From contig JBBFKW010000004.1 in NCBI GenBank assembly GCA_037481835.1, forward strand, positions 142,569 to 206,568: 64,000 nt of DNA. The letters are read 5' to 3'. The translations under genes and the position numbers were made by a program. The notes below the pieces were generated by a model. It made no database searches. It was given only the letters and a program-made list of their open reading frames with translations, and was not told where the DNA came from. The stretch's first letter is position 1, and the number at the start of each line of letters is the position of its first letter. Below, piece by piece: positions 1 through 13,134 of the stretch. This stretch comes from Desulfosoma sp. Lineage in GTDB: Bacteria; Desulfobacterota; Syntrophobacteria; Syntrophobacterales; DSM-9756.

Positions 1-491
1 CACACCGCCACCGGCAGGTCTTGGGCGGAAAGCTTCAGGGCCAGCCGATCCCGAAAAGGGGATTTTTCCCCAGGATAGATGGCCACCACCAGGTCTTCGT
101 CGCCCGCGGCGTAACAGTCTCCACCGTTTTCGACGATCACGGACCGGGTCCACGGTTTGAGCCCTTCGGCCACGGCCTGGGCGATGGCTCCGGCCACGGC
201 GGCCATGGGGCCCACCTGGGCCTTTTGGGCGGCATGCAGCATGCGCCGGACGATATCCGGCGCCAGAGGATCGTCGGGCAAGGGGGTCAGGGCCGTGAGG
301 AACGCGGGCACGGTGCGGCTGTATTGGAGGATTTGGCGCCGATAGGTCAGGACCAGGTCGTGGGTGCGGTGTGTGAGATCGCTGTCGGCGCGCACCCACA
401 AATCCGTTTGTTCCACCTGCACTCGAAAGGTGTGCCAGGGCCCGCGCTTGTGTCGGTCTCGATAGAACCTGTGGACCGGCCGGGCGTCCAT
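1..491 (-). CDS. UPF0280 family (ApbE-like) protein, 3' end truncated by window edge
   Basis: Not in the ORF track; translated by hand from ATG at 491: MDARPVHRFYRDR...VEQTDLWV...VGPMAAVAGAIA...VIVENGGDCY...SPFRDRLALKL. GPMAAVAGAIA and ENGGD are UPF0280 motifs. Starts immediately after the guaA stop. Confidence 0.85.
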   Translation of the reverse strand, partial: MDARPVHRFYRDRHKRGPWHTFRVQVEQTDLWVRADSDLTHRTHDLVLTYRRQILQYSRTVPAFLTALTPLPDDPLAPDIVRRMLHAAQKAQVGPMAAVAGAIAQAVAEGLKPWTRSVIVENGGDCYAAGDEDLVVAIYPGEKSPFRDRLALKLSAQDLPVAV

Positions 492-492
492 G

Positions 493-2049
493 TCATTCCC
501 ATTCGATGGTGCTCGGCGGCTTGGACGAAATGTCGTACACGACTCGGTTGACGCCGGGCACTTCGTTGATGATCCGGTTGGAAAGGCGCGCCAGAAGGTC
601 GTAGGGCATCCGCGCCCAATCGGCGGTCATGGCGTCCACACTTTCCACCGCGCGTATGGCCACCACCTGTTCATAGGTGCGCTCGTCCCCCATGACGCCC
701 ACGGAACGAACCGGCAGCAGGACGGCAAAAGCCTGCCACACGCGATCGTACCAATTTTCAGCCTCCAACTCTTCCAAGACGATGGCGTCAGCATGGCGCA
801 AGATCTTCAGACTCTCGGGCGTCACTTCCCCGATGATGCGGATGGCCAATCCCGGCCCCGGAAAGGGATGCCGCATGATGATGCGCTCGGGAAGGCCCAA
901 TTCCCGGCCCAATTGGCGCACCTCGTCTTTAAAGAGCTCCCGCAACGGCTCGATGAGTTCCAGGTTCATGCGTTCGGGAAGGCCGCCCACGTTGTGGTGC
1001 GTTTTGATGGTCGCCGACGGCCCTTTGAACGAGACGCTTTCGATGACGTCGGGATAAAGGGTTCCTTGGGCCAAGTAGCGCGTCCCGTGGAGTTTTGCCG
1101 CTTCTTTTTCAAAAACTTCGATAAAGAGGTTCCCGATGATTTTTCGTTTTTGTTCGGGATCGGTCACGCCTTTGAGCCGACCGAGGAAGAGGTCCGTGGC
1201 GTTGACCGAAACCAGGTTGATTTCAAAATGGTCCCGAAAGACCCGTTCCACCGTTTCGGCTTCCCCTTTGCGCAGAAGACCGTTGTTGACGAAGATGCAC
1301 TGGAGCTGATCCCCGATGGCCTTGTGGAGCAAGACGGCCACAACGGAGGAATCCACGCCGCCGCTGAGGGCGCACAGGACTCGATCGGAACCGACCTTTT
1401 GGCGCACCGCCGAAACGGCCGAATCCACGAAGCTTTTCATGGTCCACGTGGGCTTGCAGCCGCAGATGTGAAAGAGGAAGTTGTCCAGGAGCGTGCGGCC
1501 GCAGGGTGTGTGGGCCACTTCCGGATGAAACTGGACCCCGAAAAGTTTTCGCTGAATGTCGGCCATGGCCGCCACCGGCGAATTGGCGCTGTGGGCAAGG
1601 ATGCCAAAGCCCGGAGGCAGAGCCGCGATGCGATCCCCATGGCTCATCCAGACCCTCACATCCTGACGGTCGATATCCTGGAAAAGGACGGCGGGCTCGT
1701 CCACTTCCAGCAGGGCCGGGCCGTATTCGCGATGTTCGGCCCGTTCCACGTGACCGCCCATAAGGTGCGCCATGAGCTGCATGCCGTAGCAGATGCCGAG
1801 AATGGGGATGCCCATGTGGAAGAGTTCCGGCGGGGCAAGCGGTGCATGGGCGTCATGCACGCTGGAAGGCCCTCCGGAGAGAATAATCCCTTTGGGGGCG
1901 TAGGACCGAATCGCCTCCAAGGCCATGGTGCACGGGTGGATTTCGCAATACACGTGGCTTTCCCGCACTCTTCGGGCGATGAGTTGTGTGTATTGGGATC
2001 CGAAATCCAGGATGAGGACTCGGTCCGGATGCAAGGCATGCCAGTCCAT
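493..2049 (-). CDS. guaA: GMP synthase (glutamine-hydrolysing)
   Basis: [47 protein letters not shown] and C-terminal KPPSTIEWE. Confidence 0.98.
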   Translation of the reverse strand: MDWHALHPDRVLILDFGSQYTQLIARRVRESHVYCEIHPCTMALEAIRSYAPKGIILSGGPSSVHDAHAPLAPPELFHMGIPILGICYGMQLMAHLMGGHVERAEHREYGPALLEVDEPAVLFQDIDRQDVRVWMSHGDRIAALPPGFGILAHSANSPVAAMADIQRKLFGVQFHPEVAHTPCGRTLLDNFLFHICGCKPTWTMKSFVDSAVSAVRQKVGSDRVLCALSGGVDSSVVAVLLHKAIGDQLQCIFVNNGLLRKGEAETVERVFRDHFEINLVSVNATDLFLGRLKGVTDPEQKRKIIGNLFIEVFEKEAAKLHGTRYLAQGTLYPDVIESVSFKGPSATIKTHHNVGGLPERMNLELIEPLRELFKDEVRQLGRELGLPERIIMRHPFPGPGLAIRIIGEVTPESLKILRHADAIVLEELEAENWYDRVWQAFAVLLPVRSVGVMGDERTYEQVVAIRAVESVDAMTADWARMPYDLLARLSNRIINEVPGVNRVVYDISSKPPSTIEWE

Positions 2050-2064
2050 AAGGGCTCCGTTTCT

Positions 2065-4639
<2,575 letters not shown>

Positions 4640-4755
4640 CGTTGTCTTTTTTCTCCCTTTGTGTTTACTTAATTTTTAAGGGGGATCGGCCGGGGCGGCC
4701 GAATTCCGCCATAGGGCTTCCAGAGCACTTCACCACAAGAAGGAGAGGGACGCCT

Positions 4756-5373
4756 ATGATCTTGGAAATCAACCCCCGCAATCCCGAACCGCGTAAGATC
4801 AAACAGGTGGCCGAAATTCTCGCCAAAGGAGGAGTCATCGCTTATCCCACGGACACGTATTACGGGATCGGATGCGACCTGTTCAACAAGCCGTCCATCG
4901 AAAAGATCTACAAGCTCAAACGCCGCTCCCCCCAACAGCCCTTCAGCATCATCTGCAGTGACCTGAAAAGCATCAGCGAATACGCTCAGGTGACCAACTA
5001 CGCCTACAAGACCATGAAGCGGCTTCTGCCCGGGCCTTACACCTTCATTTTGGAAGGCTCCCGGCTTGTCCCGAGAATCATGCTCACCAAGCGCAAAGCG
5101 GTAGGGATCCGCGTTCCGGACCACCCCATCTGTACCGCCATCGTCAAGGAACTGGGCCACCCCATCATCAGCACCAGCGCCACGGACCCGGAAAACGGAC
5201 GCATCCTGGAATCCCCTCAAGAAATCCGGGACGTGCTCGGCCATTCCCTGGATCTCATCGTGGACGGGGGCCCCGTGCCGGGACGTCCTTCCAGCGTTAT
5301 TTCCCTCATTGAAGACGTTCCCGAAGTGATTCGCGTCGGCAGCGGGAACGTGGAAATTTTCCAAACGCCGTAG
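4756..5373 (+). CDS. Sua5/YciO/YrdC family protein (threonylcarbamoyl-AMP synthase-like)
   Basis: MILEINPRNPEPR, YPTDTYYGIGC, LLPGPYTFIL, GIRVPD, STSA. AGGAG RBS precedes ATG 4756; the N-terminus is YciO-like. Confidence 0.9.
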   Translation: MILEINPRNPEPRKIKQVAEILAKGGVIAYPTDTYYGIGCDLFNKPSIEKIYKLKRRSPQQPFSIICSDLKSISEYAQVTNYAYKTMKRLLPGPYTFILEGSRLVPRIMLTKRKAVGIRVPDHPICTAIVKELGHPIISTSATDPENGRILESPQEIRDVLGHSLDLIVDGGPVPGRPSSVISLIEDVPEVIRVGSGNVEIFQTP

Positions 5374-5374
5374 T

Positions 5375-6259
5375 TCAGCGCCCCAACACAAGTTCATAGC
5401 GCACCGGGCTCAAGGCCGGATCGATCACCTGGTCCAAGGCCGTGAGCCCGGTGGCTCCGAGAATCTGCCGAAGCAGGCTCTTTCGGTCCTTGTCCGCGTA
5501 AACCACATGGGGTTCCCCCGCAATCCCGCCCAATTCCTTGGCCTTGGCCAGCGCATCCTGAAAATTGCCCAAGGCGTCCACGAGCTTGAGCTCCAGGGCC
5601 TTTTCACCCGAAAGAACCCGGCCGTCGGCGATGGGCTGGACTTGTTCCGGTGAAAGCCGTCGGCCTGCAGCCACGTCTTTGACGAACTGGGCGTGCATGC
5701 TTTCGATGGTTTCCTGCAAGAGCGCCCTTTCCGATTCGGTCATTTCCCGGCCGGGGTTGCCCACGTCCTTGAATTGGCCGCTCTTGATGGTCACGGTGCG
5801 ATAGCCCACCTTGTCAAAGAGCCCTTGGAGGTTGGGCAAATGGGCCACCACGCCGATACTGCCGGTGAGGGTTCCCGGGTTGGCCACGATGTACGAGGCT
5901 GCCGCCGAGGCATAATAGCCCCCGGAAGCCGCCACCCCTCCGAAAGAAGCCACCACGGGCTTTTCTGCGGCCGTCCTTTGGACCTCCCGGTACACTTCCT
6001 GGCTCGCCCCGACGCCGCCTCCCGGAGATTCCACCCGCACCACGACGGCCCTCACGTTGGGATCCTTTCTAAATTCCGTCAAGGCTTCCAGGACCGGACG
6101 GGCGTCACTCAAGAGCCCTTCAATTTCCACCACGCCGATTCGGTTGGGTTCCTTCTTCCAGTCCCATTGCGGGGCCACGAGCCACAGGTACAAGCCCACA
6201 AAGGGCACGAGCACCACAAAGGCGATCATGAGAAGGATTTTTAAGGTCTTCTTGAACAT
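5375..6259 (-). CDS. sppA: Signal peptide peptidase SppA (36K type)
   Basis: N-terminal TM helix, VESPGG, AASGGYY, TGSIGV, KSGQFKD, ADGRV. Confidence 0.93.
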   Translation of the reverse strand: MFKKTLKILLMIAFVVLVPFVGLYLWLVAPQWDWKKEPNRIGVVEIEGLLSDARPVLEALTEFRKDPNVRAVVVRVESPGGGVGASQEVYREVQRTAAEKPVVASFGGVAASGGYYASAAASYIVANPGTLTGSIGVVAHLPNLQGLFDKVGYRTVTIKSGQFKDVGNPGREMTESERALLQETIESMHAQFVKDVAAGRRLSPEQVQPIADGRVLSGEKALELKLVDALGNFQDALAKAKELGGIAGEPHVVYADKDRKSLLRQILGATGLTALDQVIDPALSPVRYELVLGR

Positions 6260-6360
6260 GGGCGTTTCCTCAAAAGCGAACACCCGGCGTTGCACAAAGC
6301 CGGGTGTCCAGCAGCCCTAAGAAAAGAACATGAACTTACGCCTCGGAAGACGTCCGAAGG

Positions 6361-8136
6361 CTACTCCTCTTGGGAATTTTCCGCGTTCTGGAGCGCCGCC
6401 CCTTTGAGCAGTTCGCCCAAATTGGAGGTGGCCGCCTTCGGGCTGTTCATGTATTCCTTGTAGTCGGTGCGCTCGTCGTGCTCTTCGGCCTTCTTGATGG
6501 ACAAGCCGATCTTTCGCTCTTTGGGCGAAATATTGATGACCTTGGCCGTCACCCGATCCCCGACCTTGTACTCGTCGGGAGCGCCCTTGGCCTTTTCCTT
6601 GCCGATTTCGGAGACGTGAACCAGCCCTTCGATGCCTTCTTCCAGTTCCACAAAAAGGCCGAAATCGGTGACGTTGGTCACGGGCCCCGTGATGACGCTG
6701 CCCACAGGGTAGCGCTGGGCCACACTTTCCCAGGGGTCGGGTTCCAGCTGCTTGATTCCCAGGGAAAACCTCTCGTTGTCCTTATCGATATTGAGCACGA
6801 TGGCCTGGACTTCCTGGCCCTTCTTGTAAATTTCAGAAGGGTGGCGAATCCGCTTCGTCCAGGAAATGTCGGAGATGTGCACCAGACCGTCGATCCCTTC
6901 ATCGATCCCGATAAAGATGCCGAAGTCGGTGATGTTCTTGATTTTGCCGGAAATAACCGTTCCCACGGGGTATTTTTCCGAAATCACGCTCCACGGGTTC
7001 GGTTCCAGTTGCTTCATGCCCAAGGAAATGCGCTTGCGGTCGGGATCGATGCTGAGGATGACGGCTTCCACCTGATCGCCCACGCTCAGGATCTTGGACG
7101 GGTGGCGGATCTTGCGCGTCCAGGACATTTCCGACACGTGGATGAGCCCTTCGATCCCTTCCTCGATTTCCACGAAGGCCCCGTAATCCGTCAGGCTCAC
7201 CACCTTGCCCCGAATCTTGGTCCCCACGGGGTACTTTTCGGCGGCATTGGTCCACGGATCCGGCTGGAGCTGTTTGAGGCCCAAGGAGACGCGTTCGTTT
7301 TCCCGGTCGAAATGGAGCACCTTGACCTTGATGGTGTCGCCGATCTGGCACAGTTCGGACGGATGCCCCACACGGCCCCAGCTCATGTCGGTGATGTGCA
7401 GCAACCCGTCGATACCTCCCAGGTCCACAAAGACCCCGTAGTCCGTGATATTCTTGACCACACCTTCCATGACCTTGCCTTCTTCCAGCATGGCCAGGGT
7501 CTGACCTTTTTGGCGCTCCCGTTCTTTCTCCAGCAAGACGCGGCGCGAGAGGACCACGTTGCGGCGCTTCTTATTGTATTTGAGGATCTTGAAATCGAAG
7601 GTCTTGCCGATGAGGGCGTCCAGGTTGCGCACGGGGCGCAAATCCACTTGGGATCCCGGCACAAAGGCCTGGATGCCGATATCCACGGCCAACCCGCCCT
7701 TGACCCGCGAAACCACCTTGCCTTGGATGACGCCGTCTTCGTTGTAGATGCGGCTGATGTCGTCCCACACTTTTATCTTTTCCGCCTTTTCTTTGGAAAG
7801 GAAGACGGTCCCTTCGTCGTCGTCGTGGTATTCCAAAAGCACGTCCACCTCATCGCCGATGGCCACCTCCAGGTTGCCCTTCTCGTCCCGGAATTCGGCG
7901 ATGGGAATTTCCCCTTCGGACTTATAGCCAATATCGACCATGACATAATCGTCCGAAATCTGGACCACCCTCCCACGAACCACTTCACCTTCCTGAATGT
8001 TGCCGAAGCTCTGTTCGTAAAGCTTCTCGAAGGTGTCGCCGTCCACGTCGTCCGTGTCGGCTTCGCGTTCCGTAACGGACCCTTGCGTTTGTTGATGCTG
8101 CAGTTCTAAGTTTTCCGTTGTCTCTTTCGTGATCAT
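6361..8136 (-). CDS. rpsA: 30S ribosomal protein S1
   Basis: Six S1 repeats (DIGYKSEG; KNITDYGVFVDLGGIDGLLHITDMSW etc.). Start may be GTG 8145. Confidence 0.97.
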   Translation of the reverse strand: MITKETTENLELQHQQTQGSVTEREADTDDVDGDTFEKLYEQSFGNIQEGEVVRGRVVQISDDYVMVDIGYKSEGEIPIAEFRDEKGNLEVAIGDEVDVLLEYHDDDEGTVFLSKEKAEKIKVWDDISRIYNEDGVIQGKVVSRVKGGLAVDIGIQAFVPGSQVDLRPVRNLDALIGKTFDFKILKYNKKRRNVVLSRRVLLEKERERQKGQTLAMLEEGKVMEGVVKNITDYGVFVDLGGIDGLLHITDMSWGRVGHPSELCQIGDTIKVKVLHFDRENERVSLGLKQLQPDPWTNAAEKYPVGTKIRGKVVSLTDYGAFVEIEEGIEGLIHVSEMSWTRKIRHPSKILSVGDQVEAVILSIDPDRKRISLGMKQLEPNPWSVISEKYPVGTVISGKIKNITDFGIFIGIDEGIDGLVHISDISWTKRIRHPSEIYKKGQEVQAIVLNIDKDNERFSLGIKQLEPDPWESVAQRYPVGSVITGPVTNVTDFGLFVELEEGIEGLVHVSEIGKEKAKGAPDEYKVGDRVTAKVINISPKERKIGLSIKKAEEHDERTDYKEYMNSPKAATSNLGELLKGAALQNAENSQEE

Positions 8137-8192
8137 TGAACTCACTACCCCCTTGTCCGGATTTCGGCTGACGCCGTTTTTGCTGGGTGCGC

Positions 8193-8221
8193 ACTCTAGC
8201 AGACACCCCAACCCTTGACAA
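8193..8221 (-). promoter_or_regulatory. Putative sigma-70 promoter for rpsA
   Basis: Minus strand TTGTCA-N17-TAGAGT with an extended -10 (TGn), between the cmk stop and the rpsA start. Confidence 0.55.
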
Positions 8222-8223
8222 TC

Positions 8224-8922
8224 CTAATCTGCATGAGACCTTCCATGCCGTGTCTGTTTTTTCGCCGCATTCTCCACAAGATTCATCAACACCTGCACCA
8301 CTTCGGCAATGGCAAGACGGGATGTGTCCACCAGAACAGCACCTTGAGCGGGTTTGAGCGGGGCGATGGAACGGCGGGAATCGGCGTCGTCCCTCTCCTG
8401 AAGACTTCGCAGCACGTCCTGGACATCGACCTCGATGCCCTGATCGCGATACTGGGCCGCACGGCGGCGGGCTCTTTCCTCAGGGCTGGCTGTAAGAAAA
8501 ACCTTGACCTCGGCGTCGGGAAACACCACGCTGCCCATATCCCGCCCTTCGGCCACCACGACGCCGCCCTGGTGCGCCGCCTGCCTCTGTTTTTCGAGGA
8601 GAAACCGGCGGACAGGTTCCCGTTGGGCCATGGCGGAAGCCGCTTGGGTCACTTCCGGCGACCGAATTTCCGGACCCAACGGAACCCCGTTCCAGGAGAT
8701 GTGGACCCGCCCGTCACGGACGGCGAATTCCAAGGGCAAGGAGGGCAATAGGCGTTCCAGGACGGTGTCTTGGGCGTCGAGCGCACGCTTCTGTGCCAGG
8801 GCCCAAGCCACGGCCCGGTACATGGCCCCGGAGTCCACATAAACACCCCCGAGCCGCTCGGCCAGGAGGCGGCTGATGGTGCTCTTTCCGGAGCCTGCGG
8901 GCCCGTCAATGGCGATGATCAT
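8224..8922 (-). CDS. cmk: Cytidylate kinase
   Basis: IAIDGPAGSGKST, DSGAMYRA, EGRDMGSVVFP, RDDADSRR; lies upstream of rpsA. Confidence 0.96.
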   Translation of the reverse strand: MIIAIDGPAGSGKSTISRLLAERLGGVYVDSGAMYRAVAWALAQKRALDAQDTVLERLLPSLPLEFAVRDGRVHISWNGVPLGPEIRSPEVTQAASAMAQREPVRRFLLEKQRQAAHQGGVVVAEGRDMGSVVFPDAEVKVFLTASPEERARRRAAQYRDQGIEVDVQDVLRSLQERDDADSRRSIAPLKPAQGAVLVDTSRLAIAEVVQVLMNLVENAAKKQTRHGRSHAD

Positions 8923-10025
8923 TGGTCCAATTGTTCCAAAACCTTGGCAAAAGCCTTGAGAAACCGCTCGTTCTCCTCGGGCAGCCCCACGTTGACCCGA
9001 ATGTGGCGGTCCAGCCCGTAAGCGTTCATGGCTCGAAGAATCACCCCTTCGCGCAGCATGGCCTCGTAGATCTTTTTCGCGTCCACGGGAACGGTGATGA
9101 GAAAGAAATTGGTATGGGTGCGAAGATAGTGCACTCCCAAGGCATCCAGGCCACGATAGAGGTATTCCAGGCCTTCGCGGATCACCCGGCGGCTCTTTTC
9201 CAGGAAATCGTCGTCGTCCAAAGCCGCCAGGGCCGCCGCCTGGGCCGGCGTGCTCACATTGAAAGGCTGGCGCACCCGGTGCAAAAAAGCCGCCACGGCG
9301 GGATCCATGACCCCGTAGCCAACCCGAAGCCCCGCCAGACCGTAGGCCTTAGAAAAGGTCCGGGCCGTGACGACCCAGGGCCCTTGAGAACTCACGAAGT
9401 CCAGCCCGTTGAAGGTCGATCCCTGGGGAGCGAATTCGATGTAGGCTTCGTCGATGACCACCACCATATCGGCAGGCAGGGCACGGAAAAAGTCCTTGAA
9501 AGCCGACTCGCTCAGCACGGTGCCGGTGGGATTGTTGGGGTTGTTGATGAAAATCAGGCGCGTGCGGTCCGTTACCGCCCGAAGAACCCCGTCCAAGTCG
9601 ATGGTGAAATCTTTCAGGGGAACAGAAACCACGGTGCCGCCCACGGTCTGCACGGCCAGACGGTACACGAGAAAGGACGGGTTGGGGATGATCACTTCCA
9701 AGCCAGGCCGGACAAACGTGCGAATGACCAGCTCGAGAATTTCGTTGGACCCGTTACCGATGACCACCGCCTCCATGGGCACACCCAGCTTTTCGGCGAT
9801 CCTCCGGCGCAGGTAATAACCGCTGCCGTCGGGATAACGGTGCAACCCGTCGAGTTTTTCCCGAATGGCCGCCACGGCCTTCGGGGACGGCCCCAACGGG
9901 TTCTCGTTGCTGGCCAACTTGATGGAATTCTTGATTCCGAGTTCCCGCTCCAGTTCTTCGATGGGCTTTCCGGGAGGGTACGGATCAATGGCGGCAATGT
10001 GGGGGGGCACCAGCCGGGAGATCAA
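8919..10025 (-). CDS. hisC: Histidinol-phosphate aminotransferase
   Basis: KLASNENPLG, GNGSNE, NPNNPTG, DEAY, RTFSKAYGLAGLRVGY. Confidence 0.93.
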   Translation of the reverse strand: MISRLVPPHIAAIDPYPPGKPIEELERELGIKNSIKLASNENPLGPSPKAVAAIREKLDGLHRYPDGSGYYLRRRIAEKLGVPMEAVVIGNGSNEILELVIRTFVRPGLEVIIPNPSFLVYRLAVQTVGGTVVSVPLKDFTIDLDGVLRAVTDRTRLIFINNPNNPTGTVLSESAFKDFFRALPADMVVVIDEAYIEFAPQGSTFNGLDFVSSQGPWVVTARTFSKAYGLAGLRVGYGVMDPAVAAFLHRVRQPFNVSTPAQAAALAALDDDDFLEKSRRVIREGLEYLYRGLDALGVHYLRTHTNFFLITVPVDAKKIYEAMLREGVILRAMNAYGLDRHIRVNVGLPEENERFLKAFAKVLEQLDQ

Positions 10026-10235
10026 CGGGTCGGGCTCCTTTCACGCTCTGTGGGCTTCATACCGGTCCACGCACAGGCTTATAGAAAAGAGCCGGCCAAA
10101 ACGCAAGCTTTTGTGGCGTCTTGAACCAATTATGGTAATATGTTTTAAACGATGCCCGGACGGCAATGCCGACGCTTGGCCCCGCACGGCAACGCGGCAC
10201 CGCGAACCGGCTAAGGAGGGAGGCGGTTAGACGCG

Positions 10236-11249
10236 ATGGTCAAGAAAAAGGAACGCTCGCAGCCTATTTTCGAACACGAGGCCTCGCCTGAAATCGTCTT
10301 GGACGAGGCGCCCATTTCCGAGGCGGAAGAGGTTTTCGACCAGGACATTCCGGCTTTGGAAGCCCCGAACAAGGACTGGCCCCAGGTTTACGACCCACTG
10401 AGGGCCTATCTGGAGGAAATCAAGAGGTACCCGTTGCTCAGCCGCGAAGAGGAAACCCAGCTGGCCATTCGCTACAAGGAAAAGGGTGACTTGGAGGCGG
10501 CCTACAAGCTGGTCACGTCCAACCTGCGGCTCGTGGTGAAAATCGCCATGGATTTCCAACGCCACTGGATGCAAAACCTCATGGACCTCATCCAGGAAGG
10601 CAACATCGGCCTCATGCAGGCCGTGAAGAAATTCGACCCGTATCGAGGCTACAAGTTTTCCTACTACGCTTCTTTCTGGATTAAGGCCTACATCATCAAG
10701 TTCATCATGGACAACTGGAAGTTGGTCAAGATCGGCACGACCCAAGCGCAGAGAAAGCTCTTTTTCAACCTGCGCAAGGAAAAGGAGCGGTTGGAAGCCC
10801 AAGGCATAGAGGCCAGCCCCAAACTCCTCAGCCAACGTTTGGATGTCAAAGAATCCGAAGTGACCGAGATGGACATGCGTCTGGCCAGCGGTGAAATCTC
10901 CCTGGACGCTCCCCTCGATCACGATTCCACGGACACGCACAAAGCCTTCCTGCCGTCCCGAGACATTCCCGTGGACGACATGCTGGCCGATGCCGAAGCC
11001 AAAGCCATCCTCCACGAGAAGCTCAAGCGGTTCCGAGAGGGGCTTAAAGACAAAGAAGCCGTCATTTTTGATCATCGGCTCCTGACCGACGAACCCATGA
11101 CGCTCCAGGAAATCGGCGATCAATTCGGCATCAGCCGGGAAAGGATCCGCCAGATCGAAAGCCGCTTGAAGAAAAAGCTCAAAGCCTACTTGGAAGAAGA
11201 GGTGGAGGATTTGGAACTCCTGCAGGAGAGCCTGACCGACGCGTCCTGA
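10236..11249 (+). CDS. rpoH: RNA polymerase sigma-32 factor
   Basis: Sigma-70 family regions (NLRLVVKIA, DLIQEGNIGL, TLQEIG..ISRERIRQIE) plus the RpoH box QRKLFFNLR. Confidence 0.9.
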   Translation: MVKKKERSQPIFEHEASPEIVLDEAPISEAEEVFDQDIPALEAPNKDWPQVYDPLRAYLEEIKRYPLLSREEETQLAIRYKEKGDLEAAYKLVTSNLRLVVKIAMDFQRHWMQNLMDLIQEGNIGLMQAVKKFDPYRGYKFSYYASFWIKAYIIKFIMDNWKLVKIGTTQAQRKLFFNLRKEKERLEAQGIEASPKLLSQRLDVKESEVTEMDMRLASGEISLDAPLDHDSTDTHKAFLPSRDIPVDDMLADAEAKAILHEKLKRFREGLKDKEAVIFDHRLLTDEPMTLQEIGDQFGISRERIRQIESRLKKKLKAYLEEEVEDLELLQESLTDAS

Positions 11250-11271
11250 GCTGCAGGCCGTCCCCTCCGGA

Positions 11272-12132
11272 TCACGGGATGGCGTCTCCCAATCCCAACA
11301 GGCGGGCTGCATTGCCGCCCATAATCGCCGCCTTATCTTCGAGACTCAGGCCCGCTTCGTCCATTTCCTTTTCATACCGGGCGGGGGGCAGGAGAGGATA
11401 ATCGCTTCCGAAAAGGATGCGCTCCCTCCCCACGATATCGAGGGCCTGTCGATAAACGGCGCTTCGATAAAGGAAAGGGGAAGCGGCGGTGTCGTAGAAC
11501 ACTCGGGCGAGCCTTTCCGGCGCTTCCTTCCTTAAGAGTTCATAGAAAAAGAGCCCTCCGCCCCAGTGGGCAAGGACGAGGGGGACATCCCGGCTCATTG
11601 TGGCGAGTTCGTAATAAAACCGTAACCCCATGGGAGCTTTGCCGGGGTAGAGGTGCCCGACGGGCTCGTTGGCATGAATGAGAACGAGCCGATTCTTCTC
11701 ACGGCACAATTCCAGCAACGGCCGGTAAGCCTCCAAAGCCGCGCCTTCGTCTCCTCCTTCGTAAACGGCCAACTCCCCAAGCCCCGCCGCCCCCTGGTCC
11801 AGGCACCGAGCGGCCTCGTCCATCGCCCAGGCCGCCGTCGGATCGAAACACGCCAAAGGTCGGAATCTCTCGGGCCGTCGCCCGGCCGATTCTAGCACGT
11901 AGTCGTTGTGGCGCCGCGCCTTTTCCTTGTCTTTCCAAGGGAACCCGAAGATCACGGCCACGTCCACGCCGCTTTGGTCCATGGCCTCAAGGACCGTTTC
12001 CGTATCGGCCAAGCGCGCCTTGGGATGCCCGTAGAGGCTGAGAAAAGCCGGCTCTCCGTCAAAGAACCGTTCTCGGTCGGCCACCACGGCCGGCGGAAAC
12101 GTGTGAACATGAAAATCTATTTTCATCCTCAT
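11272..12132 (-). CDS. Amidohydrolase family (amidohydro_2) metal-dependent hydrolase
   Basis: IDFHVH, GLGEL, LAHWGGG, YDTAA, ILFGSDYP. Confidence 0.85.
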   Translation of the reverse strand: MRMKIDFHVHTFPPAVVADRERFFDGEPAFLSLYGHPKARLADTETVLEAMDQSGVDVAVIFGFPWKDKEKARRHNDYVLESAGRRPERFRPLACFDPTAAWAMDEAARCLDQGAAGLGELAVYEGGDEGAALEAYRPLLELCREKNRLVLIHANEPVGHLYPGKAPMGLRFYYELATMSRDVPLVLAHWGGGLFFYELLRKEAPERLARVFYDTAASPFLYRSAVYRQALDIVGRERILFGSDYPLLPPARYEKEMDEAGLSLEDKAAIMGGNAARLLGLGDAIP

Positions 12133-12203
12133 CCCCCTGATGATAAGGAAACGCCGACGACGACGGCCGCTACCTTAACTCAAAGGTTTTCCAGGGGGCA
12201 ACG

Positions 12204-13064
12204 GTGAAAGAGAGCAGGCGGGCAGGCGCAGACCCTTTTCTTCAGCCGCAGGAAGCCGAGCTGGCGCGCGCGACGGCGCGATTGGCGATCTTCGAAGCGG
12301 GGGCCTTCATCCGGGAAAAGTTTCAGTCCCGAGGGCCGCTCGCCGTCGAAAGCAAAGGGACTTTCGACTTCGTGACGGACGTGGACCGGTTTTGCGAAGA
12401 CCTGATCTTGGACCGAATCCGGAAGGCCTTTCCAGACCATACCCTCATGTCGGAAGAACGCCCCATCGAAAACCATTCGCCGTCCCACGTGTGGATCGTG
12501 GACCCCTTGGACGGCACCACCAACTTCATCCACGGCTTTCCCATGATCGCCGTCTCCATCGCCTTGGCGGTCCGAGGCAGGGTCGTCATGGGATGGGTGT
12601 TCGACCCATTGCGGCACGAGCTGTTCGAAGCCCGGCAGGGGCACGGCGCTTCGTGCAACGGCCGGCCCTTGGCGCCTCTTCGGGAAGGCCCCCTGGAACA
12701 AGCCCTTCTCGCCACCGGATTCCCATTTCGATCCAAAGATGTGCTGGAGCCCTACCTTCGGGTTTTCAAGGATGTCTTTGTCCAGGTCAGCGGAATTCGG
12801 CGGGCCGGTTCCGCCGCCTTGGACCTCGCCTACACGGCGGCAGGCCGAGTCCAAGGCTTTTGGGAAATCGGCCTCAAGCCATGGGATATCGCCGCCGGAG
12901 CGCTGCTGATCCGGGAAGTGGGAGGAACGGTCACCGACTTTTGGGCAACCGAAAACTACTTGGAAAACGGGCACATCGTGGCGGGATCCACTCAGGTGCA
13001 CCGTTTCCTCATGGAAAAAATCGAACCCTTGAGAGGACCGCTCCAGGCACGGTGCGGCTCATAG
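12204..13064 (+). CDS. suhB: Inositol monophosphatase family protein
   Basis: DFVTDVD, SEE, WIVDPLDGTTNF, RRAGSAALDL, LKPWDIAAG. Confidence 0.9.
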   Translation: MKESRRAGADPFLQPQEAELARATARLAIFEAGAFIREKFQSRGPLAVESKGTFDFVTDVDRFCEDLILDRIRKAFPDHTLMSEERPIENHSPSHVWIVDPLDGTTNFIHGFPMIAVSIALAVRGRVVMGWVFDPLRHELFEARQGHGASCNGRPLAPLREGPLEQALLATGFPFRSKDVLEPYLRVFKDVFVQVSGIRRAGSAALDLAYTAAGRVQGFWEIGLKPWDIAAGALLIREVGGTVTDFWATENYLENGHIVAGSTQVHRFLMEKIEPLRGPLQARCGS

Positions 13065-13134
13065 CCGGTTGCGCCCCAACGAACCGCCGCCGTTCGCGGC
13101 AAGCCCCTTGGAACGCACACTCCGGCATGTCATT

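Noticed and set aside
6339..6361. Hairpin after the rpsA stop
   Set aside because: No U-tract follows on the minus strand, so it is not called a terminator.
6361..8136. Internal DNA repeats in rpsA, and similarity between mqnC/mqnE and ahbC/ahbD
   Set aside because: Explained by S1 domain repeats and paralogous radical SAM enzymes; not a CRISPR array or mobile repeat.
8202..8214. 13-mer GACACCCCAACCC shared by the rpsA and greA (18436-18448) promoter regions
   Set aside because: The orientation relative to the two promoters is opposite, and a 13-nt match can arise by chance in 64 kb. No third copy was seen.
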